From: Octopus bimaculoides
Lineage: Eukaryota
Assembly: GCF_001194135.2 (NCBI RefSeq)
Contig: NC_068982.1
Location: forward strand, 90,863,624 to 90,924,883
Reading direction: 5' to 3'
Length of the DNA: 61,260 nt
Both the position numbers and the translations under genes were made by a program. The notes under the pieces are model-generated. The model did not search any database, was not told the origin of the DNA, and worked only from the letters and a program-made list of their open reading frames with translations. The first letter of the stretch is position 1. Each line of letters begins with the position of its first letter. Positions 24,716-36,700 of this stretch are shown here, in pieces.

Positions 24716-27700
24716 GTAAGTATTGAACAGTGTGAAAACACGATGAGTTGTCGAGTTTTAATATGTAAATAAAAATTTAATACTTATTCCTTCAAATATT
24801 GGAATTTTAGCGACCATTAGAAAATGTAGACTGTGAGACAGCGTGTCAGAACGTTCCAGGACTAGTTATGTTTAATAATAATAAAAACTTATTTTCCTAG
24901 TTTTAACATCCTTCTAAATAGTCATCTGCGCAGCAATACACTGATGTCAGCGTTCCTGTTGCTTCGGGAATCCGGTCAGGAAATCGACCGATTGCCTGAT
25001 TGCCGTAAGCTTGTTGAAACCTGTTCAATGTCTCTGTAGCAGACTTCCCAAGTCAAGTTTAACACAAAATTTCACGTTGGCTCTTTGTTCCAACTTCCTG
25101 TCCATCACAACAGACTACAGCATACGTTATCACAAAAACACGAATTTCACAGCTTGCGTGGTAAACACAGCGATGTCACTCGGCACACTATCTCATAAAG
25201 GTCACTATTAACTCTCACTGCGCACACAAGTTTGTTGCCAGCTACTGGCATGCTACAGAACTTTTCCAGAAACTTCTTGATTCCACCTCGTAAAACTCAA
25301 ACTATTTACTAAACAGCATCTCAGATGACGGTTCAAACGAGTGTAACGTGGACATTCGTTCACGATAATCTTAACACTACAATAACTAGAACATTTCAAG
25401 TCCAAGACATTCGGGAATGTGGGACTTTTCCTACGTTTTCCTCATTTTCGTATATTTTTTCCAGACACATTTAAGTTTAGTTATGGTTAATCACATGAGG
25501 AGCCTTTAAATGTATCAGGTCACCCCATATGTAATGTTCAGATTTTAAATGGGACAATGATTATCTACGACATCTTTCCATCTACCCGTAAGTTTTTTAA
25601 TTACATTAGTGAGAAGCTCGGTTTCGGAAAGAACTCTGAAATGTCAGTTTCGACTTCCTCATATATTTCGAGAGTTAATCCATCAAAATGATTTTGTAAA
25701 CTACGGAACAAATAGAAATCTGAAAGAGCAAGATCTGTGGAATAAGGCAGATGAGCAATTTTCTCCCAGCCATCTTCCTCGATTTTTTTTTACGTACTCT
25801 TTGCAATGTGGTTTCCTTTCGATTCACTAAGGCAGGCCTTTTTCTTTTCTTTTCAAAACATTCAAATGCTCTAATTGCTGGTAATAGACTTGAGCATTAA
25901 TTGTATTAGTTGGCAGCAATTCAGTGAATGACTCCTTTGCAATCCCACCAATAAGAACCTTCTTCGCATAGTTTCGGTTGTGGTTGAGCCGTCTTTTTCC
26001 CCCCTTCACCAAGCCATGGTATACGATACTGAACATTTTGATAAAGGATCCATTATTCATCACCGGTTACCAGTCTGTACAAAAAGGGGCGAGATGAGTT
26101 CGAGAACGAAAAGAAAAGCAGATGTCCACTCGGCATTTGCGGTTGGCTACAGACAAATCGAGATGCACCGAGTTTTCAAACCTTTCTAAGTTGTTGAAGA
26201 TGGCGGTAAACAGCTGTATGTCTTGAACGAAGCTTATTGCCAATTCTTCAACTGAAATTGCACGATTTTTTTTCAACTCCTGCCAAATGAAGTTTCTCAT
26301 CAAACTCAACTGCACGTCCTGTTCGGGCCTCATCTGAATTTTACAAGCCAATTCTTTCATTCAGGCAATCATCTCCATAAGTTGAGTGAATATTTCGAGT
26401 CGCTTCAGCTGCAAAGTTACCTTTTTTAAACTCGTATATCACTTTAGACACTGTTTGAAGACCATTAGTGACATTAAGTTATCCTGAAAAATACAATTTA
26501 ACTAGTTTAAATATGTCCAAATACATGCCATTAGATTTTCTAAAATACCGTTAAAGCGCTTTCAAATTAAAAATATAAAAGTTCGAACATTACTTTTGGG
26601 AAGATCTGATCATCTTAAATTGTTTACATTTATTAAAAGAATATGCATTAAAGCTCTATACAGTTGTGGAAAGCTGGGATAGGGAAGGCAGTTCATTAAA
26701 CATATTACAACTTGATATATATGAAATCATTTTCATTTCTTTCATTTGATGAGCAAGTGATTATAGATAATGGTATTAACAATGTTAAATATTTGTAGGT
26801 GGATCAGTCATCGACTAGTCGGCAAAATACTGAGAAAATCCGATCCCATAATGATTTGGTATATTTAACTAATAAAACACTAGATAACGATTTAATATTC
26901 TTTTTGTAGCAAAGTCCCTTTTCGAAAAGAAAAGCTGTATTGACACAAAAGCGATGGAAGAACAAAACTATCCCGTGGAAATTTAATACGGACAAGAGGA
27001 AATTTGGTGAGTTAATAAATCATTCTTTCAAGATAATTTCCGTTTTAATCATGTTGAGTGTTATGTGAACGCCTTTTTATGTTTTTTTTTTAAAGAGTGT
27101 ATCATTTAAGTGATCTCCAATTACCTGGAGTTGTGGCTTACTTAAAAGCTGCTGACAAACTTAGACAAAAATGTTTGTACCGAAGACTTCGAGCAGATCT
27201 AGCATCAGTTTCCAGCAGTGACATTGCATAACTTTCTCAATCAGTTTATGATGACTGGGATTTGGGAATGATCTTGTTATTTCCATCAAGCCAATTTGGT
27301 ATTGTTAAACTACTGCAAAGCCTACAAAATACAGTAATCCCACGACTATCGCGGATGTTACATCTCAAAACACCCCTGAATAAGTGGAAATCCACGAAGT
27401 AGAAACAGTACTGTATATTTTTTTATTTTTATAATTTGTATATATTTTATTACAAATGCAAAACAACACCACGGAGGAATCACCATAAGCTTAAATAATA
27501 AACTGCGATACGTGAGCCGTGATATAGCGAGGGATTACTGTATTTGACTGTGGATGAATTTCGACTAATAACACAGGGCAACAATTTACTTTGAGTTTGC
27601 TCATTCACTTTTAGACTAAAATTCGCATACTGGTTTCAAAACTACAGTTTTCTATCCTGTCAAGTTTTTATTTTTCCTACAGCGTACTCACTGAGTAAGC

Positions 27701-30700
27701 ACAGTTTGCTTGTAAGTAACCGGATTGGTCAACTGCTTTTAGTTCCTTCATATCACTGGGGAACGTTCGCGAATTGTTTTGTCTCTAATTTTATTAGTTC
27801 TCATGCTGAGTTCAGAAATGCCCTCAGAAATTTTCTACGACGCAGTGTTTTTTGTTAAACAGGAACTCTGTTACCAAAAAATAATATCAATTTTGCCATT
27901 AAAGCAATACTGAAATAAGAAACTAACCAAATCGTAATTTTAATTACATTAATCAAGATGTTTAATTACCCATCATTAGTTAGCATCTTAAGATAGTTTC
28001 AACTACACAAGGAGTAAACGTTTTCTTTGCTTTGTATGAATAATTTTACATCTCGACAGTCTATTCGAAGTGACCAGAAGTCAGTCATCATCTTAGTGTT
28101 CCATTTCTTTTGATACCTAGTCTCCATGGTGTCGATGTTTTGGTGGAATCTTTCTCCTTGCTTATCACTTACTCCACTATAGTTTTCAAGGAAATACTCC
28201 AGATGGCTGTGCAGAAAATGTATTTTTACACTGAAGCTGCAGCTCTGTGCTCGAAAACTAATTAACAGGAAATCGGACACAACTGCAGAAAAATCATTCC
28301 ATTCAACGCCAGATAGTCTCTAAAAGCTGCCCATCTGCAGTAGTCACCTAATCTGTAGCATATCAGACGCATCAATCTTTTGTCACAAGACTAAGCTGGA
28401 GGCTTTCTGCTTAAGTATTTGAAACGGACACTCTCAGCATTTCAACACGTGTTTTACATATTATATGGGGTGCCCAGGTCTTGTGTTGATCATCTAATTT
28501 CATGCCAAATTAAGATGATTTACTTTTTTTTCCATAAGATCTGTGATTTATTTTACTGTCCAGGTAAATGTAATATACAAATATATAAAAAAACATCGGA
28601 GCTATTTTTGCATTTTCTTTTACAACTGAACATATTTTTGAAATGCAAAACACATTTAAGCTAGTTGTCACCTAGGAAAAGAATGTTCAGAATTGTCAAG
28701 TCATCAAGCAAGTGAAGATTTGTGAGGGCAAAGTTCCATAAAGAGCAGTCCTTTAACTAGGATTGACAAAAAGTGACCTTGACTCCTGCTATCTCACATT
28801 TAAAATACTAAGGGCGCATTCAAAATACCAATTTTCATAAATAAAGTTTAACACCTAATTGTATAAAGGATGTCATTTAAAACCGGTTATAGTGAAAGTT
28901 GCTGAGGTTTCTTACTTTTCATTTGAAGATGCTTAAATCATGGCTTTTATTTTCACTTTCGTAGTTCAAATGGTATTGAAAAAACTTTTAAACTTTGTAC
29001 TTAGCTCCTTACATGGGTCTGCATGTCGAGCCAAAGCTATCCTTGGAAATGGTGACTATACTGGAATTACTGAAAATTAGACATATGAGTTTGTGAAAAA
29101 TTTTGACGTGATAGAGGCAAAGTAGATTTGATTTTTGAAGTCTGCATCCAAAAATTACTAGAAAAGCTGTCTGCAGTACCAGGCAACAAAACCCATGTTC
29201 CCCAGTGTAAACAAATTTTAGATGAACGAGCCGACATTATGGGACAATGAAAAGTTGAATGTAAAAACAGTTCAGATGACTGAGCATCAAGCGAAAGCTT
29301 CAACGGATTTTCTATCGAGACATTTGGCTGAAGATATTTTGATGCTAAATTTTTAATTTCAAAATATTCGTTGGAACAGTGATACTATAGATGGCCTATA
29401 GCAATGATGCGTTCGTTTATTGTACTACATTACTTTTCAATGTTTCCCTTAATTTGACGTCCTAGTCTGATTGTATAGTATTTCAATTTAATCATGAAAG
29501 ATGCCATTTGCTGTTTGATTGAATCATGATTTCTAGCTGCAGTCTTCATACAGATTTCGGTAGATTAATTGCATTCTTCTGAAGCATAAGAAAATCAAAA
29601 TGAAATGGAAATAAGATATTTCAATAGTTACAATCCAGTACTTAGTTTCGTAACGGTGATTGTCTTCTAATCAAGATCGTAAATAGTGATGACGTTGTTG
29701 CATGTTAGGAATTTTCTGAAAGTAAAGATTTTCACTGTATTTTAATTGTTACTTCCTTCACTCCAGATTTCGCCAGTTCATACTCTGCCGTGAAGAAAGC
29801 CATAAGTATTGTGGAAAGCAATAGCTGCTTGAATTTTCCACAATGGACAAAAGAAAGGGCTAAAGAATTAGGACCTATTTATTTGGACATTGGAAAAGGC
29901 AATGGGTAAATATATTTGTATGTCATCTCTCCCAATAAAGGATCCTATTTTTATGATGAATATTTTTTTAAAATTATCATTTACTGCAATATCGTAAGCA
30001 CTAGCAATGCACCCCGGCGTTTCCTGGATGTTATGACCTACTGTAACATTGTATTATTTGTTCCTTTCTTATAGGCAGAATCGACACCCGAGGAGTAAGA
30101 TACAACCAAGTTTTTCGGTCATTTTCTGATGAATAATGCTGAAATGTTTGACACCAAAAACATGTACAATGGCGGCTTTGATAAGAAAATCCTAACATTG
30201 CCCACTCGTTTTGGTGTTAATTTTTGTAGTAAAATAGTTGCTGTGCAAGAAACGTACTTTACGCTGGTAGCCGAAAGATTGCTCAATCCTTTGATATCTC
30301 ATACAGCAGTATTGGTAACTAAGATAAATGGCTACAAATCTGGTAATGTAGAAGCTGAAACAGTTCTTACCGTCCCATAAAAAGGCCATGTTCAAAGATA
30401 TGGTTTTCTGCAGGCATATTTGGTATCAGTTTATATCAATGTTGAGATCAACAGAATAAAAGGGCTTTTGGGGCTGTATGTATATGTACATATAAGGATA
30501 TGAGTAAACAAGGTTAGTGATGTGGGAAGTTTGGCATAAATATATAGGGACGCTGTGAGTCTTGAAAATAGGCAGGTAGTTTTAGTCATTGCTTCATGTC
30601 TTTACTACACTTGAACGAATGTAGGCTGTTGCTGTGCTTAATCATTGGGGAAGATTTAATTTAAACCTGAGAACGCTCTTTTGGCATTCTTGAGTCATTT

Positions 30701-33700
30701 GCTATCAAGTAAATCTACATGAAGAATTTGTTTTTGGTAGTAGTGCCATAAGCGATCACAATTATGCCAGAAACACGGTTAATTAGAAAATTTTCTGTTG
30801 AAAAATAGGCCTTTGTGCAAAGAAATGGTATCTCAATACTTCCGACATTGTTTAATCATGAAATAATGAAGGCGTTCACGTTGGCTGTTTAGTTGTAGCA
30901 AATGGCATTCTTGACAGAAAATGTGCCAGTAATTGTACCAAAAAAGCATGTTTGTTTGGTCATTTTTCTGTTGACAAATAGGGTTTTGTGAATTACAAAT
31001 GCACTTATAACACCCCTTGTACATTGCATTTTTTCTTTTACACCAAAAACATTAAAATTAGCAACGTAGATTATAAGCAAATCGAAATATTGCCCGAAAA
31101 GCCCACAAAATTGTGTGACCCAACCTCGTTTTCAAGGCCATTCTTGTAATTTAAAACATTGTGCAAAATACCTACTTTATTTGGTAGCCGAAAGATTATT
31201 GAATTCTTTTGATACCTCGTTCCTCAAAATCAGGAACTCGGTTATTCAAACCCATAAGAAAACGCGCGCGCACATAGATTAAACGAGTTTTTTTGTAGTT
31301 ATCTACCCATTGACATTCAATATAGTATGCTTCTATAACATTCTATAACTTTTTTCTAGTAGTCGGATAGTTATGGACAAAGGTGTATAAAATTCTGATC
31401 TTCAGAGTTCACATATGGAATATTGCCTTCATTCGCACGCTTTTTCATCTGCTTGGAAGGAATTTATACGTGGTCGTTTAATGCTGGCCTTATTTTGAAA
31501 ATGTCTTGAAGTAGCTCTAAAGTATTACGCAAGGTTACTGCATTTTAAACTTGCATTTTGTAAACTGTCCACTAATTAGAGAATAAGCTGAAAATTTAAT
31601 ATTCCATGAAATTTTGAACAAGACCAAAATGGAGATTTTTGTACACCAATCAACTGGTGACTACTACACTACACTGAACAGGTCATACCGGATGTTTGAA
31701 GATTTCCTCGCTTCAATAGAAGACAGTGTTTTAGTGAAGATGCACTCCATATGAAATTGAGGACTTGCCAAGCCAAGAGATTTGAATCTTGTAATTTTGA
31801 TGTAAACGTTTTTAGAATTTTAATTTCTCGCTACTTTAACATCGACTTAATATTATTGGTTTTATATGCTAGATCGTATTTTCTCTTAAGATGAAATATA
31901 CTTATCAATATTTGTTCTGAAATATTTCAGATGTGGATCCTATGTTGGTTATCGCAAAGGCCGGAATCATATGTTGTTGCTAAGGGAGACTGTTTGTATG
32001 AAGGTAAGCAAAGGACTTTGCTAAATTTACGAAATAGTAAATTGCTGCTTCAGTTTTTTATACCAGTATTTTGATGGGTATTACGAGACTTTGAATTTTC
32101 AGTGGAATGAATTAATTTCCAGCCTAGTTTCGTTTTGCAGATAGCCGTTTTATATTGCTCGTTTGCTGTAAATGCTCTACTAGTATCTTTAATTTGTATT
32201 GCTGAGAAAGATGCAATTTGATTTTTCATATATGATAATCAAATGACACAAGCTTAATCACGTTAAAATATAAATGATGTGCACATGCAAATATATAGTC
32301 ATGCGTATATTTGTAAACGTGTAGTTTTAAAAAGTGTGTTTTACTTGGTTAATTTTTTTCCTCAATGATAATTTTCGGAATTAAACGTGTGGGCATACAT
32401 TAGCCTCTTTTTATGCGAATTATGAAAACACGTCTCTAGTTAATGCAGTAAAACAAGATATAAGCATCAATTCTCCAAATATTTACGTGTCACTGGAGCC
32501 GCTAAAACTGAGAAAATATGTAACTCCTGAATACTAATCCCAATGAATCATATTCATCCCACTTTCTAACTAATTTTATAAAAGTATCTTATTTCATCTG
32601 AACACCTTAAGTCATTTCATGCGCTTAGCAGATGGAGCACATTTGACATTTTTAATAGCTTTCCTAATCCTTCGTAGCTAAGTTAAATAGCAACAATGTT
32701 CTACCTAGGAACAGTGAAACGTTTATTGCCGGTTTGAAGTTCTTCCCCATGAATATAGTCGAGCATTTTGCTTACATGAGTTCTCCCATCTCGGCATTCA
32801 ATATATTAAGAATTTTAAATTCTTTTAAATAGGTCGGAATCATCGTACACGAGCTCTGCCATTCCATTGGCTTTTACCACGAACATGCTAGACGTGACAG
32901 AGATAAATACATAACAGTACATTTCGAAAATGTTCAAAATTCGAAGAAAGAAAATTTCAATATTCATTTTCCAACTTACAACTATGTAGAGTATGATTAT
33001 GAGTCATTAATGCAATACGGACCACTAGTAAGTATGTATTTCAGTTTGACCCTCGCATCGGCACACAACTGGGTTGTGGTGTAATATATCACTGACGAGA
33101 TTTTGATTGTTCCTGAACAATGTAGGTCGTATTCTATATAGGAACATTTCATCAGACTTCTGCTCTAAGTAGACTAATTGGTATCGATCAACATTTCAGT
33201 TCTGAGCCACCGTTGATAACATCTCTCCATATGATTACCATTTATTTTGCCTTTTATAAACACTCTAACCCATATTGTACAACGTCCAAAATAGATTTTT
33301 TTTCAGCTATTTATAGTACTAGATTACAAACCAAAACCCTGATTGTTATCCTTTTTCCTGTAACATATTGCTCGTTGAAAACTGATTTTAGCTGTTTGCG
33401 GTTAACTAGATTTCTGAGTAATCCAATGTTTAACTTATTTTTAATACGAGTGAACGACATGGTAATCGCTCACATATGTTCTATAAAATAAGCTCGGCGG
33501 TTTTGTTTTTCGGAAATTTCGGATTAAAAAAGTATTTTAAAACTTCCGTTTGTGACTATGTAATTAGTAAAATTTCTTGAATCTGTTGTAACCGCCTTTG
33601 AAATCCCAGTAACCAATTCTTAATGAACTTTCTGGTCACAGATCTAATCAATACTAAGCAAAATAGAATGATCTACAATGATCGCTGGTGCCATGCTGAT

Positions 33701-36700
33701 TTATCCTGATTGCATTGAGAATGTTATTTATTCATTTCTGGCTTAAAATAGTTTGTCTACTCAAATATTCCATTAGTCTCATACCTTTCAACAACATTTT
33801 TTCTTTTATTACATGACATTTGATTTATTCTAGTGAATATTTTGTAGCCTTACATTCGAAAGTCATAATGTATACTTCAGAAATGTTAAGATCACTTGCC
33901 TGGCTATTGATCATATAGTAACATGTTTTTGTTTTTTTTTTAAGTACATCGTTACTTAATTCGTTGAGGTCTGAACAAAGACAATAATTTACTAGATCTT
34001 CTGTAAAACGTTTAGTCTTTTACATAAACTGTTAATCATCAGATATGCGTCATTTTTATCTTTCAGTGTTGTTTTGCTATGTTGAATATGTCTGAAAATC
34101 TACATACTTTTAATTTACAGGCTTACAGTAAGAATTCGAAGTATACTATCGATCCAAAAGATGAGCATCTTCTATTTCTTCTCGGTCAAAGGAATAAACT
34201 ATCCTTCTATGATAGGAAAACTATTAACTTGTTTTATGAATGCAATGGTATGTTTCATTTTGGTACTTATATTTAATCAATAAACATCTTTTCACTTTAA
34301 AATTTTTTCTTGGGAAACAATTGTAAGATCTTATATCATGTACTTAGGACATCTACCTCAATGCACCTGTCTTCGAGACCCACATCTTCAATGGCTTCAA
34401 TATCCACTCATGATTTTGACCATTTTATCCTCGATGGTGCCAAGTGGCATGTTTTGGCTACTTGAAGCTCTTGCAACCTCCTCTCAAATTATGGCTTTTA
34501 ACCACATAATCACCACATACAAGGATTTTTTGACTTTTCAAGTTGTCTCGTTCGATCACTTTTAAACTAAGTATTCGTGGCAAAACATTGTTCCCTAGTC
34601 CATCAGACAGCTAAATTGGAAAATGAGATTTTCTGAAACGCATAACTCTAGACTTCATGCAACCAAAGTGGTCCACTTGTAACTGCATTGCAGCAGTATA
34701 GACGACGGTCTGCATTATCTGATTAAAAGTTCTTCAGTCCAACAAATGCGACTCCCTTCAACATTTTGATTCAATCTTTTCCTTAATGACACAAATTAGG
34801 TTTCCGTAATGTGGGTTCTAAGTACATACTCTTATCTTACCCTCCAATGAACTCTCCACTTTGAGAATCCACTGTGAGAAATTTATAACTTTTTATATTG
34901 CCAGACACTCGAATGCTTTTCTATTGAAACATCCAAGAAACACTGAATAACATGTTAGACAATTCTCGTCTTATACTGGTGATACCAGTCTTCACATTTT
35001 TCTTTCATCACACATATCTTCTGTGTGTTTAGACGACTCAAACTAAACTTAATCGGGGCTAAATAACTTGATTAGAGTGAAATCAAATCTACATTTGATA
35101 GCGCTATCTATTGTACAAAATGCATTGTTAATCGTAATGACATTTCGTACGAAAATACACCTTAATAGCTCAACATAAATTACTATGTAAGATTTTATGT
35201 ATAACTTATGATTCATGCTGCATAAAATTGCTTTTCGTTTAAAATGAAAATTAGCACGAATTCAGTAATTCTTATTTCCTGGATCATGTGAAAGTATATA
35301 TGGCTTTATATAGACCCTTTAACTGAGATTAATTTTCCTGATGGGTAGGAGAGTACGGCATCAGTGAATCTGGCTTTTACGTAAACTATTCGTTTAGAAG
35401 ACTCAAGATGCTGGATAACGGGGTTAACTGTCACATGTGTCAGTATAAAGTGTGTGCGAGAGAAAGAAAATAAGATTCAAAGTGAAATATTAGTTTTTAA
35501 CTGAAAACTTAAATTTCACAAATCCTTACTTGAACCTTTCCGTTTGCTTGAAGGATCAGAATCCTACGTGATAGTCAGTGTAACGAATAGCATTGTTTCC
35601 AGTAATGCTTTGTATTCTACATGCGTAAAGATATCATAGTGTACACATAGCGTTTCACGCACACACGCCTATAGATGTATGTACATTTGTAATTTGAATT
35701 CTTCCAAATGATTTGGTTTCTAACAAACAAAACTCCATCAATGTAATTTGAATAACAGAAATGTTACGTGCTGAACCTTAGAAAAAATTCCCCTTTTTGT
35801 ATTCGTAAAAGGCATACTAGCTGGTGAAACTTTTTTTCAGATAGCTCCTCCGTTTCTAACAGTAATTTAAACATTTAATATAACCAAGTGCATCAATAAG
35901 TGAATTTACACCAAGGGCAGGAATGCCACCAATTTAGAGATAAATGTTCATTTTTGATATTTTGTAAATGAGCACAAATCTCGGGGCAGGTGACCTAACT
36001 GAACGTGATTCTTTTGTGCCAAATCTTAAGTCGTTCGCTCTTGGCGGGCGATTTGATTGGAGTGTTCTACTATACCTTGTGTCGAGGTGTGTTCAATAAG
36101 TGTTGACAATAGTTATCGCAGAACAGTCTTTGCTATGGAGGGCCTTGATTATTTGCTTTAACAAGCTCCAAGGTGGAGGCTAACTGCTCATCCGACGTAA
36201 TATCTTGTACAAAATTTTTGTTGTTCCAGATGTCATAACTATCTCCTCCTGTTGTGAAAACAAACCTTAGAAATATGACATTATATAACAGCGATAGTGT
36301 AAGATATGTGGTGACCGTTTTAAAATGTTGTTTGTACTATGTATTTTTGTTCGGTTATTTTCTTTTAGATCTGTAACATGAACTTTGCATTGCTAACATT
36401 TTGAGAATCTATTTATTCATGTCTATTCAGATTTGTGTATGACGCCATTAAAATCTTGCAAATATGATGGCTATATTGATTACAACTGCACATGTTATTG
36501 CCCCAGTGGACTGGAAGGCGATGACTGTTCAAGAGTAGAAAACCAAAACGGTTTGTACTTAGCTTCTGATTTTTACATTTTATTAGATAATCGTTTTAAG
36601 TTCGAAATTTCCAAACATAAGTTTTGATAAATCGAGAATCCCGAAAATGTAGACATTTGTAAAGTGGGATATAATACAAAATTCATTTTCATAAAGATTA

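Noticed and set aside
31950-32003. Alternative frame VAKGDCLYE in exon E, which looks like the astacin consensus GCL
   Set aside because: It would end in phase 1 and put the HExxH exon out of frame. The phase-0 reading TVCMK-VGIIVHE already gives normal Cys spacing.
33091-33150. CTGACGA followed by a stem-loop, hammerhead-like
   Set aside because: The required GAAA is replaced by GTAT and no stem I is evident.
34330-35050. Intronic segment with coding-like composition on the minus strand
   Set aside because: Stops in the frames examined and no recognisable motif; probably an old transposon, but I cannot assign it.
36081-36105. Mariner-TIR-like cgaggtgtgttcaataagt
   Set aside because: No partner TIR or transposase remnant found nearby.
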